A stretch of DNA of 64,000 bases from a phage: the sequence record PZ212788.1; one strand, 5' to 3'. Positions 20,608 to 30,607 of the stretch are shown one piece after another. Position 1 is the first letter of the stretch. Every line of letters starts with the position of its first letter. The notes beneath the pieces are model-generated. The model was not told the DNA's origin and ran no database searches. It saw only the letters and a list, made by a program, of their open reading frames with translations. The translations under genes were made by a program, and so were the position numbers.

Positions 20608-20623
20608 TCTAAAGTGTTAAAAT
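20595..20623 (+). promoter_or_regulatory. sigma70-like promoter with extended -10 (TTGCAT-17-TGtTAAAAT)
   Basis: -35 TTGCAT 20595-20600 overlapping the terminator stem; TGt TAAAAT 20615-20623; shares TAAAATAG with other promoters. Confidence 0.5.
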
Positions 20624-20653
20624 AGTCCTAAGGAATTTTCTCAGGAGAACGTG

Positions 20654-21697
20654 ATGACTAAACCAGTTATCCCTCTTGATATTTGGGCCAATCAGGATGT
20701 TGTGCTTGAAAATACGGGAGAGTTGAATAAGTCTCAACCAAAAAAAGAAGAGAGATTGAAAGGTTGGGATATGACACAAAGAATGGCATGTGAAGTTGTT
20801 AACTTTGAACTTCACATGCTTTCTGCGTGGTTGAAGCATTTAACAGAAGATGTTGTCCCAGGATGGGATAATAGATTCTTAAAGGTCACTAATAATCTAG
20901 CAGACGTTCCAGACAAAGCTGCTGCACGTCAAGTTCTCAATGTATACTCACCTGAAGAAATGGACGATCTATATGTTGACAAGTCTGGAGACATAATGAC
21001 TCAGACTCAAACTTTAGGTCTCCAAAGAATCGAGTTTGCATCTGCGTCAACAGACAGTGCGGCAATATATACCACCATAACGCCAGACAAGACGACGATG
21101 GATTTCTGGATTATGGACAACATCGGTGGTGCTGACGGCACAGACCTTGATGATCCTTCTCACCAAATAGACGGGTTCCGTTGGAGATTTCAACCTTCTG
21201 GTGGGCAGCCTGTGTTTTCGGCTATGAAGCTCAATGCTATAACTGCCAACCGTGCAAGACTGGCTATCCAAGGAAATCTTGAATGCAACGATGCAAAAAG
21301 TTCCTCTGCAAATGCCAATGCGGTCACGATACCAAGAGCCACTGTTAACGGACAACAATCCTGCGGAAGCGCTCAAATAGGTGGAAGAGTTGATTGTAAC
21401 GATGAAACCGTTAGAGGCCAATATGCAACCGTTGGTGGAAGAAACGTGGTCCGCAGGGTAAACGGTAACAGCGCAGACGGTAGTGGTAACCTTACTGTCC
21501 CTATGCCCAGTAGAGGGGTTGACGATGTAAGGATAGCAAACCGTTTCAAAACCACCTACAGAGAGTCAAGAGTCTACCCTGGACATGTGATGTGCTCTGG
21601 TAACTACGCTTATAAACACCCTTATCAAGGTGATTACTGGACAGGTGCTATCCAAAAACTTGTAAACGGTCAATGGATCACTATATCTTATGCTTAA
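20654..21697 (+). CDS. tail fibre protein (paralogue B)
   Basis: Start trimmed to ATG 20654 (AGGAGA RBS); N-terminus and C-terminal YWTGAIQKLVNGQWITISYA homologous to 18599 ORF, central region divergent. Confidence 0.6.
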   Translation: MTKPVIPLDIWANQDVVLENTGELNKSQPKKEERLKGWDMTQRMACEVVNFELHMLSAWLKHLTEDVVPGWDNRFLKVTNNLADVPDKAAARQVLNVYSPEEMDDLYVDKSGDIMTQTQTLGLQRIEFASASTDSAAIYTTITPDKTTMDFWIMDNIGGADGTDLDDPSHQIDGFRWRFQPSGGQPVFSAMKLNAITANRARLAIQGNLECNDAKSSSANANAVTIPRATVNGQQSCGSAQIGGRVDCNDETVRGQYATVGGRNVVRRVNGNSADGSGNLTVPMPSRGVDDVRIANRFKTTYRESRVYPGHVMCSGNYAYKHPYQGDYWTGAIQKLVNGQWITISYA

Positions 21698-21708
21698 AAA
21701 GAGGGTAA

Positions 21709-21975
21709 ATGAAACTAACTCAGTTTTTATGGGGACTGGTTGCGGCATCTGATGACCCTACGAAAGTATCCCAATCTAAGCTATGGTCGAACATAGGCAT
21801 GGCGGTGATGACTGGGGTGTTTATTCATATGGGGTATAATGATACGCTTCCTGAATGGTATGCGTGGATATATGCACCTTCAGTAGCCTGCCCCCAGCTT
21901 ATTAGCAAATTCATCTCGCTCCGGTGGGGTTGCCAGCACCCTGACCACGTTAAAAACGAAGAGCAAAAAGCTTAA
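21709..21975 (+). CDS. small membrane protein downstream of fibre paralogue B
   Basis: 88 aa with one hydrophobic segment (IGMAVMTGVFIHMGY); RBS AGAGGG. Confidence 0.3.
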   Translation: MKLTQFLWGLVAASDDPTKVSQSKLWSNIGMAVMTGVFIHMGYNDTLPEWYAWIYAPSVACPQLISKFISLRWGCQHPDHVKNEEQKA

Positions 21976-21984
21976 GGAGAAATC

Positions 21985-23730
21985 ATGGCGCAAGACATGA
22001 CAAGCTTCGAGCAGGCGGTAGATCAAGTAATTGTTGATTCTGAACGTTTGCACTTGATTGTCAACGGTAACGCTGTGGATGAAGTTGTCGTAGAGGATGG
22101 GACCACTATCCCTACGGTACGAAAAGCCATGCTTGACACCCTTTATTTTAAAACGCCACCAATCCCTTGGGCGTATGGTGCATCCACAACAGTTTTTAAC
22201 CAGTTGTATGAGTTTAAAGGGGATACAGGCACTCAGTGGTGGTACGCCCCAGCAGCATCAAAATCTAACCCGGTTAGAATGCCAGCAGATCCTTCACAAT
22301 CTCCAAACTGGAGATTATACACCGACTCTGCAGTAATGGCAAAATACTACGCAAAACTTAACAGCCCAAGGTTCGAAGGTGACCCGCGAGTACCTACACC
22401 TCCAATGGACGACAAATCCGAGTCTATAGCAAACACAGAGTTTGTTGTTGACTATGTGGATAGCATATTTGAAGCCATGGAGGGAATGAAAGTTACTGTA
22501 GGGTCTTTGGTGGTAAAAGGTCTTACAGAACTTGCTAACACTATAGTTGGTGGCACACTCACCTTACATGGGCCTGTTAATGGAGCAGATTCTACTGCAC
22601 GCTTCAGGAACCTAATCCTCACGGCAAATACTTCTACACTTACTTTTGCGTGGAGTGATCCTAAGCATGCAGACTGGAGAAGCACAGAGCTGCAACCTCA
22701 TGAAGTGTCCACCCACAGGGTTATAGCTGACACTATAACTTCTGGGAAACCAGTGGCTAATAATAACGATGTGCATTTTGATGGTCTAGGTAATAACTTT
22801 TTTGACTACGTGTACATTCGTGGTAATGCCATGAAGGCAGCAACCGAACCGACATTGCAGGTAGATGGAACCACCAGGGTTAAGAACCTTGAGGTGACAG
22901 GCACTGTTACAGGGATAACCTACTCTGTCGATGGCACCATGATTTACCCTAGCTATATTGAAAGCACGGGGGACGCATTAATAAATGGTGATTTAGAAGT
23001 TGGCGGATCTGTAGTTATTCGAGGTACAGCCTCTATCCAAAACATAGCTCTGAATACCCTAAGAGTCAATGAGCGTGCAACTTTTGAAGGGGAAGGGCTT
23101 ACAGCCAACAAAGGTGTAATTACCGAGCTGACAACCACTACTTTAACTGCAACAACTGCAAACTCTGAAAACTGCAACGTTACCAGAAACTTGCAGGTAA
23201 ATGGAGATGTTAGTTTAAACGCAGCAGGGACGGGCACCACCTACCTTCACAACCTTGAAATATCCGGCACAGTGACTGGGTGGCTGCCAGACTTCTCTAA
23301 TGTCAACTTTGTTTGTAATGGCATTAACTCCAGTGGCAAGATAACCACCTCTCAAGAAATTGAGGCGGGTAAAACCATTACTGCCCCTACTTTCCACGCA
23401 GGAAAGGTAGATTTTGATTTAGAGGAGGTTGACGCGTCCAGTGGGACATGGACACCTAACGGGCAGGCCAGTATGTATGTTGTCCACGCGAAAGGGGATT
23501 TTACAATAGGACAATGGCCTGGTACATCAGCGGAAGATAAACCTTATCCATTCACTGCGGTTATCTATGTCATTCAGGATGCTGTAGGTCACAACGTGAC
23601 TTTGCACGATAAGTATGCTATCCTGTCGGCAACGCCTGTTATTAATAACAAGGCTAATAGTGTTACCTTGCTGCAATTAACATATTGTGGTGTTGGTGAT
23701 ATCGTAGACGTAGTAATTGCACAACGTTAA
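21985..23730 (+). CDS. tail fibre protein
   Basis: 581 aa; N-terminal region contains the fibre collar-type motif PRFEGDPRVPTPPMDDKSESIANTEFV seen in side tail fibres; AAGGAG RBS. Confidence 0.55.
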   Translation: MAQDMTSFEQAVDQVIVDSERLHLIVNGNAVDEVVVEDGTTIPTVRKAMLDTLYFKTPPIPWAYGASTTVFNQLYEFKGDTGTQWWYAPAASKSNPVRMPADPSQSPNWRLYTDSAVMAKYYAKLNSPRFEGDPRVPTPPMDDKSESIANTEFVVDYVDSIFEAMEGMKVTVGSLVVKGLTELANTIVGGTLTLHGPVNGADSTARFRNLILTANTSTLTFAWSDPKHADWRSTELQPHEVSTHRVIADTITSGKPVANNNDVHFDGLGNNFFDYVYIRGNAMKAATEPTLQVDGTTRVKNLEVTGTVTGITYSVDGTMIYPSYIESTGDALINGDLEVGGSVVIRGTASIQNIALNTLRVNERATFEGEGLTANKGVITELTTTTLTATTANSENCNVTRNLQVNGDVSLNAAGTGTTYLHNLEISGTVTGWLPDFSNVNFVCNGINSSGKITTSQEIEAGKTITAPTFHAGKVDFDLEEVDASSGTWTPNGQASMYVVHAKGDFTIGQWPGTSAEDKPYPFTAVIYVIQDAVGHNVTLHDKYAILSATPVINNKANSVTLLQLTYCGVGDIVDVVIAQR

Positions 23731-23739
23731 TATATCTAA

Positions 23740-23765
23740 CCGCTCCTGACGGGGCGGTTTTCTTA
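23740..23765 (+). terminator. rho-independent terminator
   Basis: ccgctcc-tgac-ggggcgg followed by ttttctt. Confidence 0.55.
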
Positions 23766-23778
23766 TCTGGAGAACACA

Positions 23779-26700
23779 ATGCTTCCAATCCCTTTGCTAA
23801 AACTTGGTCGTCATTTCCTCGATAAGAGGGGTGGAATTAAGGAACTTGCTGTTCTGTCATACCCAATAGACAACAGTGATGGTACAAGCAACACAGTATC
23901 CTATGTAAATAGCTTAGCTATACTTTTTGATGATGGTCAGCTTAATATTACTGGCTATAATAGGTTCGGAGAGTGTCGGACTGGAGATCTTGATACAATA
24001 AACTATCCTAATGAGGCAGCTTGGAACGTAGACCATGTTTGGAGAGCTGACCGTGCATTTGTAATCCGCACATTCGATAATAAATTTTTCTATATTGGTT
24101 GCACAGCTGGTCTTATCGGATCGGAGGCAGCAGGTGGAAACGATGTTTGTGTCAGAGAGTGGACACCTTTGCCGGAACAGATCGTAACAGGGTTGCATTT
24201 GGACACCCATCCTGAGAGACTTGTTGAAGTAATGGGTGGCGTAAACAATACCGTGTGGGTAATTGCTGCACCAGAGGCTGATGGTATGCTTCACCTGTAC
24301 GGCTCTGGCAATAATACTTACGGCTCTCTTCATGTTGACAAAAGTCAACACGCTACTCCAGTTAAGATCGGTGAAACATCTGAAAGTCCAGAGACAGGTC
24401 CTTGGAAAAATCCAAGAATTAATTGTGAAGTTCATGACAACTCGGTTATTTTTGGTGGTCCTAACGGATTCTGGATTGCAGGTTACGACTTTCTGAGAAA
24501 TAACAGTAGAAACGACCTTGTTTGGCCTCCTGTGCAGATTACTCGTAACGATTTGAGGGGCATTCCTGCAGATGAGGAGTGGAAAGGGTTTATGTGTGGT
24601 CCTAACGGGGCAGTAATTGCTACACAGAGGATGCATAGACCCGATGACCAGCAGCTTGTTAACGTATTTTATGGTCAAAACATTTGGGGAGATGATACAT
24701 GGCGGGAACTGAATATCACCTACACCCATGAGGTAATGATGGCTCGTGGGTACGGCACAAGTGGCATTTTCTTCAATAATGGCACCAAGCAGTATCGTGG
24801 ATTCTCTCGCAACTTGTGTAATGATATTGGTGCACAATCTGCAAACAATAGTCCTAGGTCCGATTTTATCCACTATCAAGCTCTTGCTACAGCTAAATAT
24901 GTTGAGCAACGCCTGCCAGTTAGCTGGACAGAGAGTGTTTATTTCCAAGGCATCCATAGAGAAGGTTTCTTAGGGACCTTTACTGTTGTTAATGGTAAAC
25001 TTTGGTGGTCAGGCATCCCAAGGGGAAGTTTTGCAGGCTCTAACAACCTGTTTGGAGGCAGACTTAATAGCCAGGGGTTCACAGAGGTTCCTGAGAATTG
25101 GTATAAAAATGTCCCGGTAGACAGTTGGGGTGTTGAGGATATTTTCGACGTTAACGGTGTTAGCAGCGTTAGCAATATTTACATTGGTGACACGGTCAAG
25201 ATGAAGTTGAAGCCTCAGCCAGAGGGGGCTACGTTCATTATTGACAAGATTGAACTGGTAAATGCTGCAGGTACGGTTGTTACAGATGCAAATTACCAAT
25301 TCTCCACCAACTGGAACCACGGAGGGGCCAATGAAGTTGTTGTCACCCAGTATAACAGAAATGTTAACAGACGTGGCCTGTACTCTGTAAAAATAACCTA
25401 TCATGACAAGCATGGCACAGGCAGAACCCATACGACAAGGACTTTGAACTGGAACACCATAGTTCCTGCGTACCCGTCTGATGGTAAATGGCATACTGTC
25501 GGTAGAAACAAACAGTTCCATGTCAACGATACTGTATACTTTGGGTTGAATGCGGCTCAGCCTGCAGTAGAAGGGGATACATCGTATATGGTCAGACTCC
25601 ATAGAATGGATGCCGGATCAGTAACTTATGATGTTACCCAAGAGATTTATAATCAGCGACGAAATACCTATGATAACTTGGTGCAGACACAGGCCTTATG
25701 GGAGTTCAACCCAAACGGCAGAGGTGGTAAAATGTTGCAGGTCAATGAACAAAACGGGACATCGTTAACTGTTCACGAACACCCAAACCCTTGGCCTGAT
25801 CCTGGAAAACCTAACTCTGGTGCTCGTACACTGAAAATTGTCAGCCATGATGTAGGATATTTCGGAATACGCTGGGAAGCTACAGTAAGATATGCCGACG
25901 GGACAACAAACAACATAGGGATCACTCTTGGTGGCACTAGTGAGGATAACTCACTGAAAATTGCCTACACCCCTAGAGGCATCTCTATTGACAATATGGA
26001 TGTTGTTCGCAACGGTTACGGCGATGTGAATGTCAAAGTTACTCTTGGCGAACATCTTGGTGGGGAAAGGATCATCATGTATGCCTTTGATCATGACCCT
26101 CGCACCAACGGAACCTATGCAGACCAGGCGTGGAGCTACCTGATAAGCGCACCTGAGCCAAATACTAAAGAGTTCTACTACGGTATGAAGCGAGATGTGT
26201 GCAAGAAAACAGGAACACATGACTGGATTGCTATCTGCGTTAAAGATGAGCGCACAGCTTGGGACGAGCCTGTTAACAGATGGTTCATAGGGATTCCTAC
26301 CAGAAGTGATAAATACGTTGAAGACTATATCGTGTGTATGGGCGGCACCAACCTCAACATGTGTTGGAACGAGGATGCTGCAAACAAATACTCTGACTAT
26401 GACTATATGAGGGACTACTCTTGCAATCAATGGTTTAACCAATCCGGATATGCTAATCGACAGTCAAGAGTAAATCCTGCAATCTTTACAGATACGCAGG
26501 TTTTCTTGTTGAAACAGGCAAACGAGGTTCAGACCTTCAAGAATAACTATGACCCTAATAAGTGGTTCTACAACTGTTACGGGGCATACTTTTGGGGACC
26601 TGCTGAACTGCCTGACAGCGGCTCTTGCTTCGAGGCTGCAACCTACGGCAGCGACTATATCATGGGACAGGTCAAGAAGTACAAGATGATCCCAGGGCCT

Positions 26701-29406
26701 GAAACTTTAGGTAACGCTGTTGACCCATACATAAATTTCGCAGCTTTGCATGCGAATATGGATGGTGCAAGGTATCCGTTCAACGTTCCAGTCGCCAATG
26801 GGTACAGACGTGTCGTGATGATTATCAAATGCGATCTGATCGGAAAGCAAGTTCTTGCAGAAAACGGAACATCCACACATCCTTTTGAAGTTGCTCTGCA
26901 CTACCAGTTTGCAGACTCACCATATGCGGGAGATAAAAGAATCTCCGACACAGACTCTAAGCGCTGTAAGAAAGTTTTACTTGGAGCCGGGTGGTGGTGG
27001 TACGAGTTTGATTTAACAGATAAGTTCACAGATGATACCAAAACTCTCACAGGTATCCGTCTGGACCTTGGTGAGAACATGCACAAAGCTGTTTGTGATG
27101 GCACCTACGGTGATCCTACAGTATACTTGAAGTATGTCTCTCTTGAGCATCCAGAGGATGCCGTAATCGGTCCTAAACTGAAATTGTTCGGCTCATGGAT
27201 TGCCAAGGATAGAGTAGGAATGGGTAAGAAAGTGAGAGGATTCCTGATAGACGCAGGGACAGAGGACATGCTGGTTAATGCAGTGTGGCCTACGCTAGAA
27301 GGCACTGCCTACAACAATGCAGCTAGGTCTATAAATTGGTTCAACATTCACAGAGCTATGTGGACCACTAACTGCTACTTGTGGAGAGAGCTTAACGATC
27401 AGGCCTTTGGCTTTAGTGACGGCAGAAGGATGGCGATCATTTGCTGGACAACACTGCAAAGATGTTATGACCATGACTACGAGATTGGCGGTAGAGCATG
27501 GAAAGATATCAGAGATAGAATCATATACAATTTTGCAGATGATAATGGTGGCGGGGCATATAACTTTGGCACAAGCCGACTTATCCACTTGAACGGATCT
27601 TTAGCCTACAAGAAAGAAGGTTACTCTGGGTCCATGATCGAGTGGGGCCTGGTAAAAGATGCTCGTATATTGATGGGCCAGCAACTTGCTGCCGCAATAG
27701 GACCTAGCGCAGTGCAGTCTGTTAAACCAGCGTGGTTCGATATTCCATTGTGGTCACCTGGAACACCAGGAACTGCTGCAATCAACCCTACCACTGGGGA
27801 TCTAGAAATCTCATGGGAGGACTTGAAGCAGGTCGGTGGTTGGGATAAAACAGGGTATCAGGTTCAGTGGTGGAGGCCTGATGGATCTTTAGCCGCTGAT
27901 GAGTTTGTTAAGGACAATTTCTACACTATGTCTTCTGCAAAAGCACAGCAATTGTTCGGTCAGGCCACTCCGTCAACGATCACCATGTCTATGTGCTGTA
28001 AAGACAACAGGACTGGAGCTCTGGGACCGAGGGTTGCTAAGGTTTTCTCAGGTATTAAATGGAATCTTCCTGTTCAAAGTGTTTCATGGAAGCAAATAGG
28101 TGATAACAAGCTGCTGGTTACCCCTGCCTGTCAGTTCAACGCAACTCTTAACGTTGATCCTGCTGTTGCGGCAAACTCAGCTAAAGCTTCTGACTTCTCT
28201 GTGTCTAACACTGCTATGGCAGATGTGAGGAAGATTGACACACTGAACGCCAGAATTACCTGTAAAAACACTTATGGCACATTCCAAATCATCAACAACT
28301 TCACAGATGCTGATTCTAAGGTAGTAAGGACAGCAAGCCAGACTCTGAGTTTAGGGACTCTGGCCTATGCGGCCCTGATCACCGAGCAGTCGGCAACACT
28401 CCAAGGAGGTGGTGTAGGCAAGTCCATTGCAACACCTGTGTGGAAGCCAAATGAGTGGGTTGTGTTTGATTTGACTGTGGACTTCTCCAGCGATAATAAC
28501 TGGACATGGGTAAGGAATTGTTTGTCACAATTGATGGGAGGTCCAAGCTCCGTTAGTGATAGTCACGACTCTACTGACCCGAGTGTGTTCCAGGTAGGTA
28601 AAACTCACCCAGAGACTGGAGAAACGTTGCCTGACAGGAAGTATGCGTTGGTTTGCATCTCTTACGGGAAGGCAGATGTCACCTTCTCGGGGACACACAC
28701 TTATAACGGAACATACAATTTCTCAAGGAAGTATAGTCTCAAAGCAGGGAACATTATAGACGAGGTTGGTGCACTGTATAATCCTGGAAACGGCATAGGG
28801 ATTGTGGGTGGTCAACTGCAGATGCAGGAACCTTCTATTACCCCTTCCAACGTATCTGGGATTAGAAAGACTTGGGAAAGTAGCAATACCAACATTGCAA
28901 CAGTGGATGCTACCACAGGGCTGGTAACATTTAAAGCTACTGGGAATGTCACCATAAAGTTTGTAGTTACAGATGATGCAGGCCGCAAAACGTCCTCAAC
29001 ATCATTCACTGTCAAACAGATGGCACCTCAGTGGTTTATTTGGGAAGGAAATCCTCTTGACGGGGCCTACCCTAGACCTGCAGGAACGTCTAATATGAGG
29101 GTCTTTACCGGTCCGGTAATGAACAATCCGACCACAACCACCAACCCTACATTTTTTGGTGCTTACATACCTGAAATTATTGGCCTACCAAGGAACCAGA
29201 TACAACTGCTTTTCGGAGCAGGTGTTGATGGTCTAGCCACTTTTGGGTACAGTGACAACATTGATGCAGCCAGAAGCTCTGGTTGGATTGGATTTAAGTT
29301 TCAGTGGAACCCTGGTGGTAGAACATTAGGTATTGCAAGCATAGGTGTTATGCTACCTGGTAACCAGCAATACCATCTCGAAGCTTATACAAACTTCCCT
29401 AGTTAA
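23779..29406 (+). CDS. giant tail fibre/adhesin-like protein with bacterial Ig-like (Big_2-type) domain
   Basis: 1875 aa; C-terminal segment ITPSNVSGIRKTWESSNTNIATVDATTGLVTFKATGNVTIKFVVTDDAGRKTSSTSFTV resembles Big_2 domains; last gene of late operon. Confidence 0.5.
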   Translation: MLPIPLLKLGRHFLDKRGGIKELAVLSYPIDNSDGTSNTVSYVNSLAILFDDGQLNITGYNRFGECRTGDLDTINYPNEAAWNVDHVWRADRAFVIRTFDNKFFYIGCTAGLIGSEAAGGNDVCVREWTPLPEQIVTGLHLDTHPERLVEVMGGVNNTVWVIAAPEADGMLHLYGSGNNTYGSLHVDKSQHATPVKIGETSESPETGPWKNPRINCEVHDNSVIFGGPNGFWIAGYDFLRNNSRNDLVWPPVQITRNDLRGIPADEEWKGFMCGPNGAVIATQRMHRPDDQQLVNVFYGQNIWGDDTWRELNITYTHEVMMARGYGTSGIFFNNGTKQYRGFSRNLCNDIGAQSANNSPRSDFIHYQALATAKYVEQRLPVSWTESVYFQGIHREGFLGTFTVVNGKLWWSGIPRGSFAGSNNLFGGRLNSQGFTEVPENWYKNVPVDSWGVEDIFDVNGVSSVSNIYIGDTVKMKLKPQPEGATFIIDKIELVNAAGTVVTDANYQFSTNWNHGGANEVVVTQYNRNVNRRGLYSVKITYHDKHGTGRTHTTRTLNWNTIVPAYPSDGKWHTVGRNKQFHVNDTVYFGLNAAQPAVEGDTSYMVRLHRMDAGSVTYDVTQEIYNQRRNTYDNLVQTQALWEFNPNGRGGKMLQVNEQNGTSLTVHEHPNPWPDPGKPNSGARTLKIVSHDVGYFGIRWEATVRYADGTTNNIGITLGGTSEDNSLKIAYTPRGISIDNMDVVRNGYGDVNVKVTLGEHLGGERIIMYAFDHDPRTNGTYADQAWSYLISAPEPNTKEFYYGMKRDVCKKTGTHDWIAICVKDERTAWDEPVNRWFIGIPTRSDKYVEDYIVCMGGTNLNMCWNEDAANKYSDYDYMRDYSCNQWFNQSGYANRQSRVNPAIFTDTQVFLLKQANEVQTFKNNYDPNKWFYNCYGAYFWGPAELPDSGSCFEAATYGSDYIMGQVKKYKMIPGPETLGNAVDPYINFAALHANMDGARYPFNVPVANGYRRVVMIIKCDLIGKQVLAENGTSTHPFEVALHYQFADSPYAGDKRISDTDSKRCKKVLLGAGWWWYEFDLTDKFTDDTKTLTGIRLDLGENMHKAVCDGTYGDPTVYLKYVSLEHPEDAVIGPKLKLFGSWIAKDRVGMGKKVRGFLIDAGTEDMLVNAVWPTLEGTAYNNAARSINWFNIHRAMWTTNCYLWRELNDQAFGFSDGRRMAIICWTTLQRCYDHDYEIGGRAWKDIRDRIIYNFADDNGGGAYNFGTSRLIHLNGSLAYKKEGYSGSMIEWGLVKDARILMGQQLAAAIGPSAVQSVKPAWFDIPLWSPGTPGTAAINPTTGDLEISWEDLKQVGGWDKTGYQVQWWRPDGSLAADEFVKDNFYTMSSAKAQQLFGQATPSTITMSMCCKDNRTGALGPRVAKVFSGIKWNLPVQSVSWKQIGDNKLLVTPACQFNATLNVDPAVAANSAKASDFSVSNTAMADVRKIDTLNARITCKNTYGTFQIINNFTDADSKVVRTASQTLSLGTLAYAALITEQSATLQGGGVGKSIATPVWKPNEWVVFDLTVDFSSDNNWTWVRNCLSQLMGGPSSVSDSHDSTDPSVFQVGKTHPETGETLPDRKYALVCISYGKADVTFSGTHTYNGTYNFSRKYSLKAGNIIDEVGALYNPGNGIGIVGGQLQMQEPSITPSNVSGIRKTWESSNTNIATVDATTGLVTFKATGNVTIKFVVTDDAGRKTSSTSFTVKQMAPQWFIWEGNPLDGAYPRPAGTSNMRVFTGPVMNNPTTTTNPTFFGAYIPEIIGLPRNQIQLLFGAGVDGLATFGYSDNIDAARSSGWIGFKFQWNPGGRTLGIASIGVMLPGNQQYHLEAYTNFPS

Positions 29407-29416
29407 CAGGAGGAAA

Positions 29417-29449
29417 ATAAAAAAGGGGCCAAACGGCCCCTTTCTTTTT
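29417..29449. terminator. bidirectional rho-independent terminator between convergent operons
   Basis: A-run, GGGGCC-aaac-GGCCCC hairpin, T-run; lies between the + strand giant gene and the - strand block. Confidence 0.75.
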
Positions 29450-29453
29450 ATAA

Positions 29454-29654
29454 TTAGTAATATTCCCAACATGCCCCATCTTCAGACGGCTTGACGCGCT
29501 TACCTTTATGGTCAACATAGGTATAGCCACAACCTTCACAAATAACAGGTGCTGCATAGCCTTCCTTCCACTGATCCTCAGTGATCAGACCTTCCAAATC
29601 TTTGCAGTCAAAGCCAAACAACTCTTCAGAGCAATCTTTACAAAAATCAGCCAT
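29454..29654 (-). CDS. small Cys-rich (putative zinc-binding) protein
   Basis: 66 aa with CxxC...C...CxxC pattern; RBS present. Confidence 0.4.
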   Translation of the reverse strand: MADFCKDCSEELFGFDCKDLEGLITEDQWKEGYAAPVICEGCGYTYVDHKGKRVKPSEDGACWEYY

Positions 29655-29657
29655 TTC

Positions 29658-30065
29658 TCAGTCCTCGCATTTAACAAATTTTTCTATAGATCCACCAAGC
29701 ACAGCTTGTTGTTTGATGGCACTTTCTTCATCATAGTGGATAGACTTATGTTCCGTACCTCCAAACTTACCTGTGTGGAAGGTGTGCACCCAAATCTCTT
29801 TAGGAAGGGATTTATTCTCTTCCTCCACCAACTCCCACATACCCCACAAGTGATCTGTGATATCTCTGATGAAATATCCCTCGCCGAGGTTTGTATTCAC
29901 ACTGTAAGCTGATTCGTGATCTCCGCAAATATAACGGAAGGCAGTGTACTCTTTACCTGGTGTGAAGTGAGTATCCATTAGTATGGCTGTTAAAGAATAA
30001 GGGTCTCGAAAGCCCAAGAACTTTAGTTTAACAATTTCGACATTTACATCTGCAAGATTATCCAT
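29658..30065 (-). CDS. hypothetical protein
   Basis: Start trimmed to internal ATG (MDNLADV...) preceded by GAGGAG RBS. Confidence 0.4.
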   Translation of the reverse strand: MDNLADVNVEIVKLKFLGFRDPYSLTAILMDTHFTPGKEYTAFRYICGDHESAYSVNTNLGEGYFIRDITDHLWGMWELVEEENKSLPKEIWVHTFHTGKFGGTEHKSIHYDEESAIKQQAVLGGSIEKFVKCED

Positions 30066-30226
30066 GACGATCTCCTCTGTTTGGTTGGTGAGAATTATAT
30101 ATAGATCTGGTGGTGGTGTCAAGCTTAATTTTAAGAGATCTGAGAGGGTATTTTATTCAGGAAGGCAATCGCACAGGGTGGAGAAATTTATGAAGGCACA
30201 GGCCTCGTTTGAGGCCTTAAATTCTA

Positions 30227-30607
30227 TTATGACACTTTGACATAGCGCTCTGACAAAGCTGGGAAGCCAAAAGTAGTGCCTATACTACCATAGGCTATCC
30301 ACCATTGGAGTTCATCGTGACACCATTTTCCGATCAGGAAGGTGCTGGGATAGCGGGTCAGTATTTTGGCATAAGCTTTAGGATCTGCATCTTCTGGGAT
30401 AATGATGCTTGGAATATCTTTGTTATGACCACAGCAGCAGTTTAGCGTTTTCAAACCTGCTGCCCACAAACTCATGATAGGCTTAGCCATACACTTATCA
30501 AGGCACACACGTTTTTTGCCGTCACGAAGATTTTTAGGCACATCAACGATAACATTTGGATGCTTGGCACCTTTCACTTTCCAATTATAGGATTTACACT
30601 TGCACAT
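30227..30607 (-). CDS. Cys-rich hypothetical protein
   Basis: 126 aa, multiple Cys including CCCGH cluster; GGAGA RBS. Confidence 0.4.
   Translation of the reverse strand: MCKCKSYNWKVKGAKHPNVIVDVPKNLRDGKKRVCLDKCMAKPIMSLWAAGLKTLNCCCGHNKDIPSIIIPEDADPKAYAKILTRYPSTFLIGKWCHDELQWWIAYGSIGTTFGFPALSERYVKVS

Noticed and set aside
23914-24957. 347 aa minus-strand ORF, plus many other antisense ORFs of 60-230 aa inside large plus-strand genes (e.g. 5669-6166, 48103-48789, 9053-9709)
   Set aside because: Fully embedded antisense to long genes with strong motif content, no RBS context, compositionally odd translations; treated as frame artefacts
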